NCBI GenBank assembly: GCA_963693365.1 | Contig: CAVNZM010000022.1 | Location: 22,197 to 86,196 of the forward strand | Direction: 5' to 3' | Length of the DNA stretch: 64,000 nucleotides | Source: Amoebidium appalachense | Taxonomy: Eukaryota; Protista; Ichthyosporea | Part shown: piece by piece, positions 1 through 10,220 of the stretch | How positions within the stretch are numbered: position 1 is the first letter of the stretch | Layout of the letters: each line of letters starts with the position of its first letter | The notes under the pieces: generated by a model | The model's database searches: none | Told to the model about the DNA's origin: nothing | The model's input: only the letters and a program-made list of their open reading frames with translations | Translations under genes and position numbers: made by a program

Positions 1-184
1 CAGGGCACGAGCGCGGCGCCGTCGCCGCATGTTTGTGTACGCCGACCAATTCCTAGAACCGTACTCGCCGGTGATGTGGAGACTTTTCTTAGCGAAGAGA
101 TCGTAACCATAATCAAGGCTTGAGAAACGCGCGCTGCGGAGACAACAAGAAAGACCATCCCGCGTTCTTCCCGCGCAAGATTGT

Positions 185-905
185 GTACGCAAGCGTCGCG
201 TTGGCCGCGGTGCGGAGCCCAAAGACTCAGAAAAATTGCAAGCGTCGCGTTGGCCGCGGTGCGGAGCCGAAAGACTCTGAAAAATGAAAAATTGCAAGAG
301 TCGTGTTGGCCGCGGTGCGGAGCCCAAAGACTCAGAAAACTTGCAAGAGTCGTGTTGGCGGCGGTGCGGAGCCGAAAGACTCAGAAAAATTGCAAGAGTC
401 GCGTTGGCCGCGGTGCGGAGCCCAAAGACTCTGAAAAATGAAAAATTGCAAGAGTCGTGTTGGCCGCGGTGCGGAGCCCAAAGACTCAGAAAAATTGCAA
501 GAGTCGTGTTGGCCGCGGTGCGGAGCCCAAAGACTCTGAAAAATGAAAAGTTGCAAGAGTCGTGTTGGCCGCGGTGCGGAGCCCAAAGACTCAGAAAAAT
601 TGCAAGAGTCGTGTTGGCCGCGGCGCGGAGCCGAAAGACTCAGAAAAATTGCAAGAGTCGTGTTGGCCGCGGTGCGGAGCCCAAAGACTCTGAAAAATGA
701 AAAGTTGCAAGAGTCGTGTTGGCCGCGGTGCGGAGCCCAAAGACTCAGAAAAATTGCAAGAGTCGTGTTGGCCGCGGTGCGGAGCCCAAAGACTCTGAAA
801 AATGAAAAGTTGCAAGAGTCGTGTTGGCCGCGGTGCGGAGCCCAAAGACTCAGAAAAATTGCAAGAGTCGTGTTGGCCGCGGTGCGGAACCGAAAGACTT
901 TGCAA
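185..905. repeat. Tandem array of 49/56-bp units (105-bp higher-order repeat)
   Basis: Unit aaaattgcaagagtcgtgttggccgcggtgcggagcccaaagactc(ag|tgaaaaatg) repeated about 14 times; 35-aa periodicity in the overlapping ORFs. Confidence 0.97.
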
Positions 906-1086
906 GAGTTGCGTTTTGCCGAAAGCCTTAAAGACTCAAAAGACGAAGACGAAACCGATAAAATACAAGGACCTGAAAATACTTTATTTTCATATACACA
1001 TGACAATACATACAACACAACACACAACGCACAGCGCTGTGGTGGACATTCGTGACCACGTATTCCATTTGATATTCAGATATATT

Positions 1087-1226
1087 TTTGATGGATACAA
1101 ACTTTGGCAGTGCTGACAAACAGAAGCAAAGACTACGAACCGTTGACACATGTCGGTGTGCAATTACATATCTCTATTGCCAACACCGAAACCAAAAGAC
1201 AGAACATGGTGTGTAAATTGAATACT
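1087..1226 (-). repeat. ~140-bp non-coding element, inverted copy at 34213-34351
   Basis: Reverse complement matches 34213-34351 with about 6 substitutions and 1 indel. Confidence 0.92.
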
Positions 1227-1370
1227 GATGGTTGAACACGAAAGCAAAAATAGCCATCGCTGTAGCAGCCTTACGCAATATCACCAATACCATGACCACA
1301 CACACACATCCACGCAACGCCAGCGTTATTGCCTACATGCCTACATGGTCTTGTTGCAGGTCTGACATGC

Positions 1371-2774
1371 CTACATGGTCTTCCTGGCCTTCTTGGCTGG
1401 CTTGGTGGGGGGGGTGGCCTCCCGTTTGCGCCTTGTGCTCTTGCTGGCCTGCATGCCCTCGGCGCTGGGAGCGGCCAGGCGCTTTGCCTTCGGACCGACA
1501 TATCTTGCGAAATCTCGCAGTGTCATAGGGAGCTTCCCCTCCAGTTCCTCCCACTCGACTGAAAGGGGGTCGTCGGCCCGGACAATGTAAATGATGTTGT
1601 TTTGGTTGCGCTCAATGCCGTACGTATTAAGCCAACGGGTGTGGCCCATCGTAGTCTTGTCCTTGCTATTGTATACTAAGGGTTCGAGTTGATCGTAGTC
1701 TCTGAATGCGAAGTTGAGACGGATCTGCACGTGCGCAAAATGCACAGGTGGGGGCCACACTTTTGGGGCTGTGCGACGCTTGTCGAGAAACCCTGCAAGG
1801 AAGCGTCCTAGTGCGGGAAGACGAGAGTCGGCAAGGTGGGATGGCCAGGTAGCATGCTTGTGTTCGATGTCTGCAGCAAGGGTTGCCAGCACATAGGGAT
1901 CGCCCACTTTGCCGATTTTGGGAATGGGGTCGTCTTTTTTGCGAACAAACTCGCCGTTGTAGTGTGCACGTTCTCCCCATTCGTTTGCCTTGGGAAGCTC
2001 CCGGTCGACCCCCCACACCAACACACCCGCGTGCTTCCGAGCCTCCTTGCCACCGGACTTCTTCTTGACTGCCTCCGTGACGGACAGGAGGTTGAATTGG
2101 TCGTCGTGTGTGATGGGTGGCTCTATGGCAAGAACGTTTTTGTTCGTGTCCGAGTGGCCCTGTATGCCCGTGTCATCAGAGTCCGAGTCCGGTGTCTCCG
2201 TTCCCGTGTCCGTGTCCGTGTCCGTGATCGTGATGCACTCTGCGTCCTGTGTCAAACCGTGGTTGTTAATCTTTCCTGCGCGTTGAAGACCTTCCACCCA
2301 ATCTTTGAGGTATTGGCCACAACGCGTTTCTTTCTCGTCTTTCTCGCGGTTAGCGCGGCTGAATACGCAACCGTAGTGGAGGTAACTCTCGTGAAATTCC
2401 ACCGAAGCGATGTAGGTCTCGGCATCCCCACACGACAAGCGACCGAGGACGATGTAGGTGTCCGTCATCGCCTTGCTTAGCTCCGCGGACAAGTTCGGTG
2501 GCTGCTTGTCCGGGTGAAAAGTCTTTGCAACTCTCCTGATCCCGCCCGAGTCTAAGGCCTGGAGTTGTGCAAACTTGGTGGTGAACAGGAGTGTTGACCT
2601 GCCGGCTTCAGCGGCTATGTCTTGGATTCTGGCGGACGGCTTCATGCTTTTCAGGAACAGACGCACGTCATCTTCGAACGTTGGGGATTGGGAGGCAAGC
2701 AAACCGAAACCCCGATGGGCACACTCCGCGTCTAACTGGGTAAAATCAGGAAGGAAGCTGTCGAGGTGCGCCAT
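1371..2774 (-). CDS. Hypothetical protein with J-domain-like HPDK segment; paralogue of 3578-4771
   Basis: Long ORF (ATG of MAHLDS); GIRRVAKTFHPDK...TYIVL; C-terminal blocks RAHYNGE, GRFL, NNIIYIVRAD.PLS.EWEEL...PMTLR.F..YVGPK shared with paralogue. Confidence 0.8.
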   Translation of the reverse strand: MAHLDSFLPDFTQLDAECAHRGFGLLASQSPTFEDDVRLFLKSMKPSARIQDIAAEAGRSTLLFTTKFAQLQALDSGGIRRVAKTFHPDKQPPNLSAELSKAMTDTYIVLGRLSCGDAETYIASVEFHESYLHYGCVFSRANREKDEKETRCGQYLKDWVEGLQRAGKINNHGLTQDAECITITDTDTDTGTETPDSDSDDTGIQGHSDTNKNVLAIEPPITHDDQFNLLSVTEAVKKKSGGKEARKHAGVLVWGVDRELPKANEWGERAHYNGEFVRKKDDPIPKIGKVGDPYVLATLAADIEHKHATWPSHLADSRLPALGRFLAGFLDKRRTAPKVWPPPVHFAHVQIRLNFAFRDYDQLEPLVYNSKDKTTMGHTRWLNTYGIERNQNNIIYIVRADDPLSVEWEELEGKLPMTLRDFARYVGPKAKRLAAPSAEGMQASKSTRRKREATPPTKPAKKARKTM

Positions 2775-2830
2775 ACTGAATGATGTGTCTTTTACTTGTG
2801 TGCACTGAGGGTTTCGACCCGCGTGCCGCG

Positions 2831-3480
2831 TATATATATCGATGTACACCGCGTTGGGCGCTTCAGATATCCAATGAAAATTAAGCTTTCAACACAATAA
2901 GCCAATAGATGAAGAACACGCGACCCACCGCAACCAATCAGACCTTTGTTGAAAACCGTATGAACAAACCAAAAATAATCCCTCCGACTCCTTCCAATGG
3001 CTGGCACCTTGGCGAACTTATGATTGGCCCGTTAACCGTCAGCAAACCAATCATTTCGCGCGCAAATATCTTCACATCATGGCGGACCAATCATATTGCG
3101 ATTTCGATTATTTGATGGTGTTTTGATCCGTGAGCCGCGGAATATATATATATATCGATGTGCACCGCGTTGGGCGCTTCAGACTTGCAATGAAATTTAT
3201 GCTTCAACAATAAACCAATAGATGAAGAACACGCGACCCATGGCGACAAATCAGAGCTTCAAATTTAACCATGTGAACTAATCAAAAATAATTCCTCCGA
3301 CTCCATCCAATGGCTGGCATCTGGGCGAACTTTTGATTGGTCCGCCCGGCCGAAACCGGTTTTTAATTCAGGGCGGACCAATCGAAATAGCAAAGTGACA
3401 CGTGAACCGTCCGCGAACCAATCATTTGGCGCGAAAATATCTTTACATCATGGCGGACCAATCATATTGCAATATCGATT
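2831..3480. promoter_or_regulatory. Duplicated CCAAT-rich bidirectional promoter region (two ~310-bp diverged copies)
   Basis: tatatatatcgatgt.caccgcgttgggcgcttcaga...ccaatagatgaagaacacgcgaccca...acatcatggcggaccaatcatattgc at ~2831-3110 and ~3143-3480, between divergent genes. Confidence 0.65.
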
Positions 3481-3577
3481 TTTTGTCTTGATTTTTTGCC
3501 ATTTGAGATATATAAACAACAGACGCGGAATAAATGGATCACAACCACACAGACAATCAACCAGACGTGGAAAAAAC

Positions 3578-4771
3578 ATGGCGAACAAACTCGTTGTAGA
3601 CTACAAGAGGTTTGACCCAGATTGCATTCACCGCGGTCTGCGCTACCTCGCATCGGTGGAGGGCGACGCCGACAAGTCCGTGTCCGAGTTCATCGACAAC
3701 ACGGATTTTACCAATTTGCCCATTGCGGCGGAGGCGGCTGGCTGCTCGCCGCACCTTCTGACCAAGTGGGTTGGGTGTCTCCAGTCCGCGTCGTTGAGCG
3801 GTATCAAGAAGTTGATCGCCCGTTTCCACGCCGACAAAATCACCACTTGGGCGAGTGAGGAGGAAAAGCAGATATTCAAACGTTCCACCATCATTCTGAC
3901 ACGACTGACCGGGGTCGGTCGGAGCGACGAGTACCGCGAAAACGTAACCAAAAGCACGAGTTTTGCGCGTTTCGGATGCGTCTGCACCCGCGACTCGGAG
4001 AACTTGGAAGAAGGATCGGAGACTTCATGTGGTGCCTATTTGGATGAAATTGTCAAACAGGCAAGTCTTCTCATCGGGAACCGCGACGACGAACAAGCAG
4101 CCTCGCCGTGCCAGTCCCCAAAGCCCCGTGCCCCCCAGAAAGCCCAGCCCGCACCCAAGCCCAAGAGTACACACGGCGAAGACGGCAAACTTCTTGCCAT
4201 TGGGAACGTTCTGTGCGAGGATGAATTCTTTGGCTTGCAAGATTTAATGGTGTGGGGGATCAACTTACCGCTACCCCCTGCCGACGAGAACGGCGTCCGT
4301 GCACACTACAATGGTGAAATTTTCCGCGACAAGGGGGGGCCGATTCCATACTTCGCGTCGTGTGCACCGTATGCCCTGGCTAGCCTCGCATCAGACATGC
4401 CCGAACACCGGAAGATTGCGGCGTGGCAACCCCACCAGGTTGATGACCGCATGCCTGCCAGGGGTCGTTTCCTCCTCGGGGTTTTTCAAAACGGTAAACA
4501 TTGGGGAGCAGAGTTCGTTCATGCGTTGGGCACGTTCGAGCCTCGGTTTCGACACTACGGGCACGTGCACTTTCGTTGTCAGATCAGCAGCACCGAGGAA
4601 ATCGATTACCTCGAATGGTTGTACCAAGCCACCGGCATCAGAACTAACCGCAACAACGTTATCTACGTGGTTCGTGCCGATGGCCCCTTGTCCCCCGAAT
4701 GGGAGGAGCTCCAGTACATGATGCCGATGACCCTCCGCGCCTTTGGCGATTATGTCGGTCCCAAGTTGTAA
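3578..4771 (+). CDS. Hypothetical protein with degenerate J-like HADK segment; paralogue of 1371-2774
   Basis: ORF from MANKLVV; GIKKLIARFHADK; same conserved C-terminal domain. Confidence 0.8.
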   Translation: MANKLVVDYKRFDPDCIHRGLRYLASVEGDADKSVSEFIDNTDFTNLPIAAEAAGCSPHLLTKWVGCLQSASLSGIKKLIARFHADKITTWASEEEKQIFKRSTIILTRLTGVGRSDEYRENVTKSTSFARFGCVCTRDSENLEEGSETSCGAYLDEIVKQASLLIGNRDDEQAASPCQSPKPRAPQKAQPAPKPKSTHGEDGKLLAIGNVLCEDEFFGLQDLMVWGINLPLPPADENGVRAHYNGEIFRDKGGPIPYFASCAPYALASLASDMPEHRKIAAWQPHQVDDRMPARGRFLLGVFQNGKHWGAEFVHALGTFEPRFRHYGHVHFRCQISSTEEIDYLEWLYQATGIRTNRNNVIYVVRADGPLSPEWEELQYMMPMTLRAFGDYVGPKL

Positions 4772-4903
4772 GCAAAGACAAATTGTAAGCAAAGTGGTAG
4801 TGGAGTGTAGTGAGCTCGGGAGTTATATGTTATTTGATTGTCTTTGGGGTTTGTATGTATAAACCCTGCCTGTTCGAACTGGGTTCGTCTTTTTCTGTAT
4901 CTC

Positions 4904-5230
4904 GTCTGATTCTCGTATCACCGCGGCCGGCCGAGTAAATAAAACTCGTTTTTTTTCTAAGTCTGATTCTCGTATCACCGCGGCCGGCCGCGTAAATAAA
5001 ACTCGTTTTTTTTTCTAAGTCTGATTCTCGTATCACCGCGGCACGCGTAAATAAAACTCGTTTTTTTTTCTAAGTCTGATTCTCGTATCACCGCGGCCGG
5101 CCGCGTAATTAAAACTCGTTTTTTTTTTTTAAGTCTGATTCTCGTATCACCGCGGCCGGCCGCGAAATTAAAACTCTTTTTTTTTTTTGGCTAAGTCTGA
5201 TTCTCGTATCACCGCGGCTGGCCGCGTAAA
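4904..5230. repeat. Tandem array, about 6 x 56-60 bp
   Basis: tctgattctcgtatcaccgcggccggccgcgtaaataaaactcg(t)nctaag repeated; contains palindrome cgcggccggccgcg. Confidence 0.95.
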
Positions 5231-5289
5231 TGTTTCTCGAATCACGCTGTTTTTTCTACGTGCAAAGACGCGTGCACCCGCCAAACAAA

Positions 5290-5670
5290 ATGTCGGTTAC
5301 CGTCATGCGGCCACTCACGGCCCTTTCGGACGCGGTGCTGCTAGGGCGCGCCATGCGCAACGATGAATACTCAACGGTGCGGCGCCTACGGGACAATGTC
5401 GAGCGCCTGGAGCACGAGGTGGGCCGCAGGGCGGAGCTCGTGGAGATGTACGCGCGGCAGCTGGACGAATTTCGCCGCGACCTGCACGCCGTCTACGACA
5501 AGGTGGGAGAGCTTATAGACCGACTGGCTGACCTGCAACACGACCAGGATGGGTTCGTGCGCGAGATCGTGCGCCTGCGGTGGGTCGTCATGCAGATGGG
5601 CGACGACCTCACCCAGCTGCACCGCGAGCCCGCGCGCGCCCCCCTGCACCGGTGGGGCGCGCCGAAATAA
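5290..5670 (+). CDS. Small coiled-coil hypothetical protein
   Basis: ORF MSVTVMRP..., high-GC3 codon usage, heptad pattern; stop directly abuts next ATG. Confidence 0.65.
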   Translation: MSVTVMRPLTALSDAVLLGRAMRNDEYSTVRRLRDNVERLEHEVGRRAELVEMYARQLDEFRRDLHAVYDKVGELIDRLADLQHDQDGFVREIVRLRWVVMQMGDDLTQLHREPARAPLHRWGAPK

Positions 5671-6792
5671 ATGTACGGGCATGATATGGACGTTTCTTTC
5701 GAGGGTGTAAACCCCGACGTTGAAGATCACGCACGGTCCCCGACGTCGACAAAGCAGCAGGCGTTGGAGGCCTTAAATGAAATGAGGACACTGAAGGGCT
5801 ATCTTCGTGTACAGGCTGAGATCAGAAAGGCGGTCACCAAGGGCGCGGGTAGAAAGCATATGTTGGATTACCTTGGGATTTCCGTCGATTCCGACATCGA
5901 CACCGAGTTGTCAAAACAACTTGGCGTGATGCTGCAACGGTCGACGCCAAGCGAGGACATCGTCGACGACATCCTCGCGAATCGGCCGGAAGTATCGCGA
6001 GTGCACGCGGAAATGGGGGGCGGCGGGCGGTTGCTGCTCTACGGCCCAAGTGGTGCGGGCAAGCTTACGTGTGTCTTCCAGGTGTGCAAGACCCTTGACC
6101 TCTTCCCATGGGTCCTGACGGTCCAGGACCTGCTCGATCCGGACACCCGTCGTGCCATCCAATGGATCGCAAAGAACGACAAGCGCGCCGTGTTGGTCAT
6201 CCGTGATGCTCACAATCTGACGGACGAATCGATGATGGTGCTTACACTGGAGTTGGTGGACAGACGCATGGTAGTCGGTATTGCCAGTACGGCTTCAGAG
6301 AAGGGTTGTTCGGTGCGATCCTATTTCACCAGCACACTGGCTTGGCCAGCGGTGCGTGACGACGAGTCGCGCGTGGTGGTCGAGGCACTGGTCCAGTCAT
6401 GTTTAGGCGCAGATCCGGAGTACCCATCGGCGACATCGGCTGTTGTAACCCAGCTAGCCATCGCCGCGACCGACCTAACCATCGCCGATATAGTGAACAC
6501 GGCCAGGATTGCACAGAAGAACACGGCATCCCAGATCTCTCCCGCCGGTCACCCGTATAGATACTACGACGCATCGAGCGGGTATACAGATGTCGTGTGG
6601 AACCTAGCACTGGCAAACAGGAAACGGGGTGCAAATGGTACAGAGATTGGGCATGCTCAACTAAGAGACTTTATACGGGAACAATCGTATACCAAGGCCT
6701 CGGTTTACTTGACCCACGTCGTCCTCCTAGCGTGGCTCACGGCAATGCTGCACAGCACAGTGGACGCGACCGATTTTGCCTGCTACACATAA
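5671..6792 (+). CDS. Divergent AAA+ ATPase (RFC-like Walker A)
   Basis: LLLYGPSGAGKLT Walker A; degenerate Walker B VLVIRDAHNL. Confidence 0.7.
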   Translation: MYGHDMDVSFEGVNPDVEDHARSPTSTKQQALEALNEMRTLKGYLRVQAEIRKAVTKGAGRKHMLDYLGISVDSDIDTELSKQLGVMLQRSTPSEDIVDDILANRPEVSRVHAEMGGGGRLLLYGPSGAGKLTCVFQVCKTLDLFPWVLTVQDLLDPDTRRAIQWIAKNDKRAVLVIRDAHNLTDESMMVLTLELVDRRMVVGIASTASEKGCSVRSYFTSTLAWPAVRDDESRVVVEALVQSCLGADPEYPSATSAVVTQLAIAATDLTIADIVNTARIAQKNTASQISPAGHPYRYYDASSGYTDVVWNLALANRKRGANGTEIGHAQLRDFIREQSYTKASVYLTHVVLLAWLTAMLHSTVDATDFACYT

Positions 6793-6794
6793 TT

Positions 6795-7910
6795 ATGGAA
6801 TCCATGGACCCCGATGTGCTCAACCAGATCCTGGCGGGAAGACCCAAAAAAATCAAGCTAGCCATTTCGCCTGATCCAGAATCGTTTGGTCCCGCGCACG
6901 CCACAATGGTCACGTCCCTCGGTGTGCTGCTCGCCGTGCTGCACGCATGGCTCACACAGCCGAGCGGAGCGCCTCTGATCAATGTAACGTCGTCGGGCGA
7001 CGGCACGGTGATGGTCCCGGGCATCGACTGGCGCGTGCTCGCGCTGCCGATGTTTGCGAATGCGTTCCACCCCCGCCACCTACCCAACCCAACCGCAAGC
7101 ATGGAGGAGTACGCAGAGAACTGGCTGAGGCTGGAACCAGACACGACCCCCGAGGCTTTCGATGCCGCGCTCGCGGCAGCCATCGAGCGTTTGGCGGCTC
7201 CCGTGCACACAAAAGCCTTGCAGCGCCGCCGCGTCAAGGCCGAGCACCCCGTTCCGCCGACCACCATGGCCGCGCTGAGCGTGCGCGTGGACCCGGGGTT
7301 CGACAAGGTGGCCGCGCAGTTCTCCGACCTCGTGCGCCAGAGCAAGCCGGCCGACTCCATCGAGATCACCAAGCGCGACCGCGAGATCAAGCTGCTACAG
7401 CAGTGCCTGATGGAGCTGGAGCTCGAGTACTTCCGCCTGCAGGCCGAGAACGAGCAGCTCAAGGCGCAGGAGGCCGCGCTCGAGAAGAACTTCCTGCTTC
7501 CGTGGTTCAAGGCCCAGGAGGACGTGTCGCAGCGCATGGCCATGTTCGAGGCCGCCGAGCGCGACGAGTACACGCGCATGCGCAACTTCCAGCAGCAGGT
7601 GTCCGTGCAGGCGTTCAACAGCAGCCTGCAGGCGCAGAACAACGCGCTGCTGGCGGCATCCGGCGCGGCCATGAACGCGCGGCCCACGGCGGACTTCGCG
7701 GCCATGCTCGCGCGCAAGCGGGAATCCGAGCTGGACGACTTCGGCGACAGCCTCAAGCGCATGCGGGCCGACGACATGGGCATGGGCATGGGCCAGCAGC
7801 AGGCGCCCGGACCGATGCAGATGCCCGGGGTCAACCCCGACACGTACCGCGACAACATGACCATGCGCGAGGGCGTGGCGTTCCCGTATCCGCGCACGGA
7901 CGCGGCGTGA
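6795..7910 (+). CDS. Hypothetical coiled-coil protein
   Basis: ORF from MESMDPD, strong GC3 bias, coiled coil RDREIKLLQQCLMELELEYFRLQAENEQLK. Confidence 0.7.
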   Translation: MESMDPDVLNQILAGRPKKIKLAISPDPESFGPAHATMVTSLGVLLAVLHAWLTQPSGAPLINVTSSGDGTVMVPGIDWRVLALPMFANAFHPRHLPNPTASMEEYAENWLRLEPDTTPEAFDAALAAAIERLAAPVHTKALQRRRVKAEHPVPPTTMAALSVRVDPGFDKVAAQFSDLVRQSKPADSIEITKRDREIKLLQQCLMELELEYFRLQAENEQLKAQEAALEKNFLLPWFKAQEDVSQRMAMFEAAERDEYTRMRNFQQQVSVQAFNSSLQAQNNALLAASGAAMNARPTADFAAMLARKRESELDDFGDSLKRMRADDMGMGMGQQQAPGPMQMPGVNPDTYRDNMTMREGVAFPYPRTDAA

Positions 7911-7997
7911 GCAGGCTGTATTATAAAGTTCGATTCGGGTGTTTATTGTTTTGAGATGCCCTGTTCCATTCACGAAAAATCAGTGGCATCCACAAGC

Positions 7998-8891
7998 ATG
8001 GTGGTGTACGTCATCGACCTGTTCTGTGGCGCGGGAGGGTTCAGCGAGGGCGCGCGACAGGCGGGTGCGGTGGTGGCGGTGGCGGTCGACAGCTGGGACG
8101 TGGCGCTGGAGGTGCACCGCGCCCGCCACCCCGGGGCCGTGCACATGCTGCGCACCATAGGCGACGTGCCCGCAGAGGACTTTGCACGCGAGCTGATGGC
8201 GGCCGTGCCGGCCATGGGCGAGGGCGACTGGCTGCACGTGCACGCGAGCCCACCGTGCCAGGAGCTGTCGGAGATGCGCGCGGGCAGAGGGTGTGTGGGT
8301 GACACGTTGCGGCTGGTGAGATATACACTGGACGTGCTCGACTGCCTGCCGTACGACAGCTTCTCGATGGAGGAGGTCAACAACCCCGAGCTCAGGGCAC
8401 TACTGGACGAGGAGGGTGTGCCGTATGCGGTGCTAAACATGTTGGAGTATGGCGTGTGCCAGACACGCAGGCGTTTATTTGCATACGATGGGTGGAGCCC
8501 ATACGCCATACCCCAAACCCCCGCCCCCAACTTGCAAACCATACTCGATACTACACCCAATGCGGTGTGGCTTACGGCTTCCAGTATTTCCGAAAAGCGG
8601 ATGCGGGCATGGAGAGAGGGTCAAAAAATAGAGTGCAGTAAAACAACGCCACCACCGAAATGCAGGCCCATAACGATGAATCCATACTTCTACACGGTTA
8701 TAAAAAGCCCGTTCTATATCTGGGATGAAAACTTTGAATTGGTGCGCGCAATCAATAAGAACGAACTTGAAAAGCTCCAGACATTTCCACGCGGCTACAT
8801 CACAGCTCAAAACGTATCTTCAAAAGAAACATTAATTGCCAACGCGGTGCCGCCGGCAATGGCTCGCGCTATCATCGACACGATTTTATGA
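7998..8891 (+). CDS. DNA (cytosine-5)-methyltransferase, copy 1
   Basis: Motif I IDLFCGAGG, IV SPPCQ, VI MEEV, VIII QTRRRLF, IX ELEKLQTFP, X IANAVPP. Confidence 0.93.
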   Translation: MVVYVIDLFCGAGGFSEGARQAGAVVAVAVDSWDVALEVHRARHPGAVHMLRTIGDVPAEDFARELMAAVPAMGEGDWLHVHASPPCQELSEMRAGRGCVGDTLRLVRYTLDVLDCLPYDSFSMEEVNNPELRALLDEEGVPYAVLNMLEYGVCQTRRRLFAYDGWSPYAIPQTPAPNLQTILDTTPNAVWLTASSISEKRMRAWREGQKIECSKTTPPPKCRPITMNPYFYTVIKSPFYIWDENFELVRAINKNELEKLQTFPRGYITAQNVSSKETLIANAVPPAMARAIIDTIL

Positions 8892-8924
8892 ACCAATCGA
8901 GGGCCAAAATAGAATCCCCGCCCA

Positions 8925-9153
8925 TCACTCGTGCAACGGGCTGAGGGGATTCAGTCTCCAACCCTTGCCCTCTTTGACGATGATCACACCACCAGAAGTC
9001 TGTCTCCGCCACGAATGGCCACCCCCGCCCAAAACATGGCTGTATTTGGTCAGGTGTTGTGTCTGGGTGATCACTGCACCCTCGCGCGCCACGCCGCGCA
9101 CGTCGCCCCTGCCGTGGATGAACGCCGCGGCCAGCATGTGCAGCGTCAAGTCG
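8925..9153 (-). pseudogene. Orphan 3'-end fragment (variant allele) of the 10221-13724 gene
   Basis: LTLHMLAAAFIHGRGDVRGVAREGAVIT identical to the large ORF, then a diverged tail ending SPLHE*. Confidence 0.88.
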
Positions 9154-9203
9154 GGTGTTTATTGTTTGGATGCCCGTCCACAAAGATCAGTGGCATCCAC
9201 AAG

Positions 9204-10156
9204 ATGGTGGTACGTCATCGACTGTCTGTGGGCGGGAGGGCAGCGAGGGCGCGCGACAGGGGGTGGGTGGTGGCGGTGGCGGCGACAGCTGGGACGTGGC
9301 GCTGGAGGTGCACCGCGCCCGCCACCCCGGGGCCGTGCACATGCTGCGCACCATAGGCGACGTGCCCGCAGAGGACTTTGCACGCGAGCTGATGGCGGCC
9401 GTGCCGGCCATGGAGGCCGGCGACCACCTACACGTGCACGCGAGCCCGCCGTGCCAGGAGCTGTCTGAGATGCGCCTGGGGCTGGGGCGTGTGGGTGACA
9501 CGTTGCAGTTGGTAAGATACACATTGGACCTCCTCGATTGCGTGCCGTACGACAGCTTCTCAATCGAGGAGGTCAACAACCGCGGGTTGAGAGAGCTGTT
9601 CGCGGAGGAAGGCGTGCCGTACATTGTGCTGAACATGTGGGAGTATGGGGTATGCCAGACACGTAGGCGTTTATTTGCATATGACGGTTGGAACCCTTAC
9701 GCTATGCCCAGATCCTCGCCCCCGACGCTACTAAGCCAACTAGACCCAACCCCGCACGCTACGTGGATTACCCCCGCGAGCATTTACCCAATACGAATGC
9801 AAACATGGAGGGAGACAAGGGAGTGGGACCAATGGAAAATACAAGGACCATCGACATGGAAGTTACTATCCAAGAAAACCCAGGTGTTTCCGACATGGAA
9901 ATCGCTACCTAGCAATGCATATTTCTACACGGTCGTGCGAAGTCCGTTCTACCTATGGAACGAATGTTTCGAATATATAAGACGGATCCAAACATCTGAA
10001 TTGGAAAAAATACAGACATTCCCATCGGGGTATGTCACGGCTCGAAAGGTGTCTTCAAAAGAGAAAAAAGAAAAATTAATAGCAAATGCCGTCCCACCGG
10101 CGATGGCCCGCGGTATTATGAAAACAATTTCGGCGGAGCGGGTGCGGACAGAATAG
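9204..10156 (+). CDS. DNA (cytosine-5)-methyltransferase, copy 2 (5' end frameshifted by 1-2 bp deletions, possibly sequencing error)
   Basis: SPPCQ, IEEV, QTRRRLF, ELEKIQTFP, IANAVPP; N-terminal half near-identical to copy 1, variable region different. Confidence 0.85.
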
Positions 10157-10220
10157 TCAGAACAGGAAATACAAATTAAACACAACACAAACGTGTTCCC
10201 GCCGGCGATGACCCAAGCCG

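Noticed and set aside
185-905. CRISPR array or repeat-protein ORFs
   Set aside because: Units are contiguous with no unique spacers and no cas genes; ORFs in several frames are by-products of the repeat
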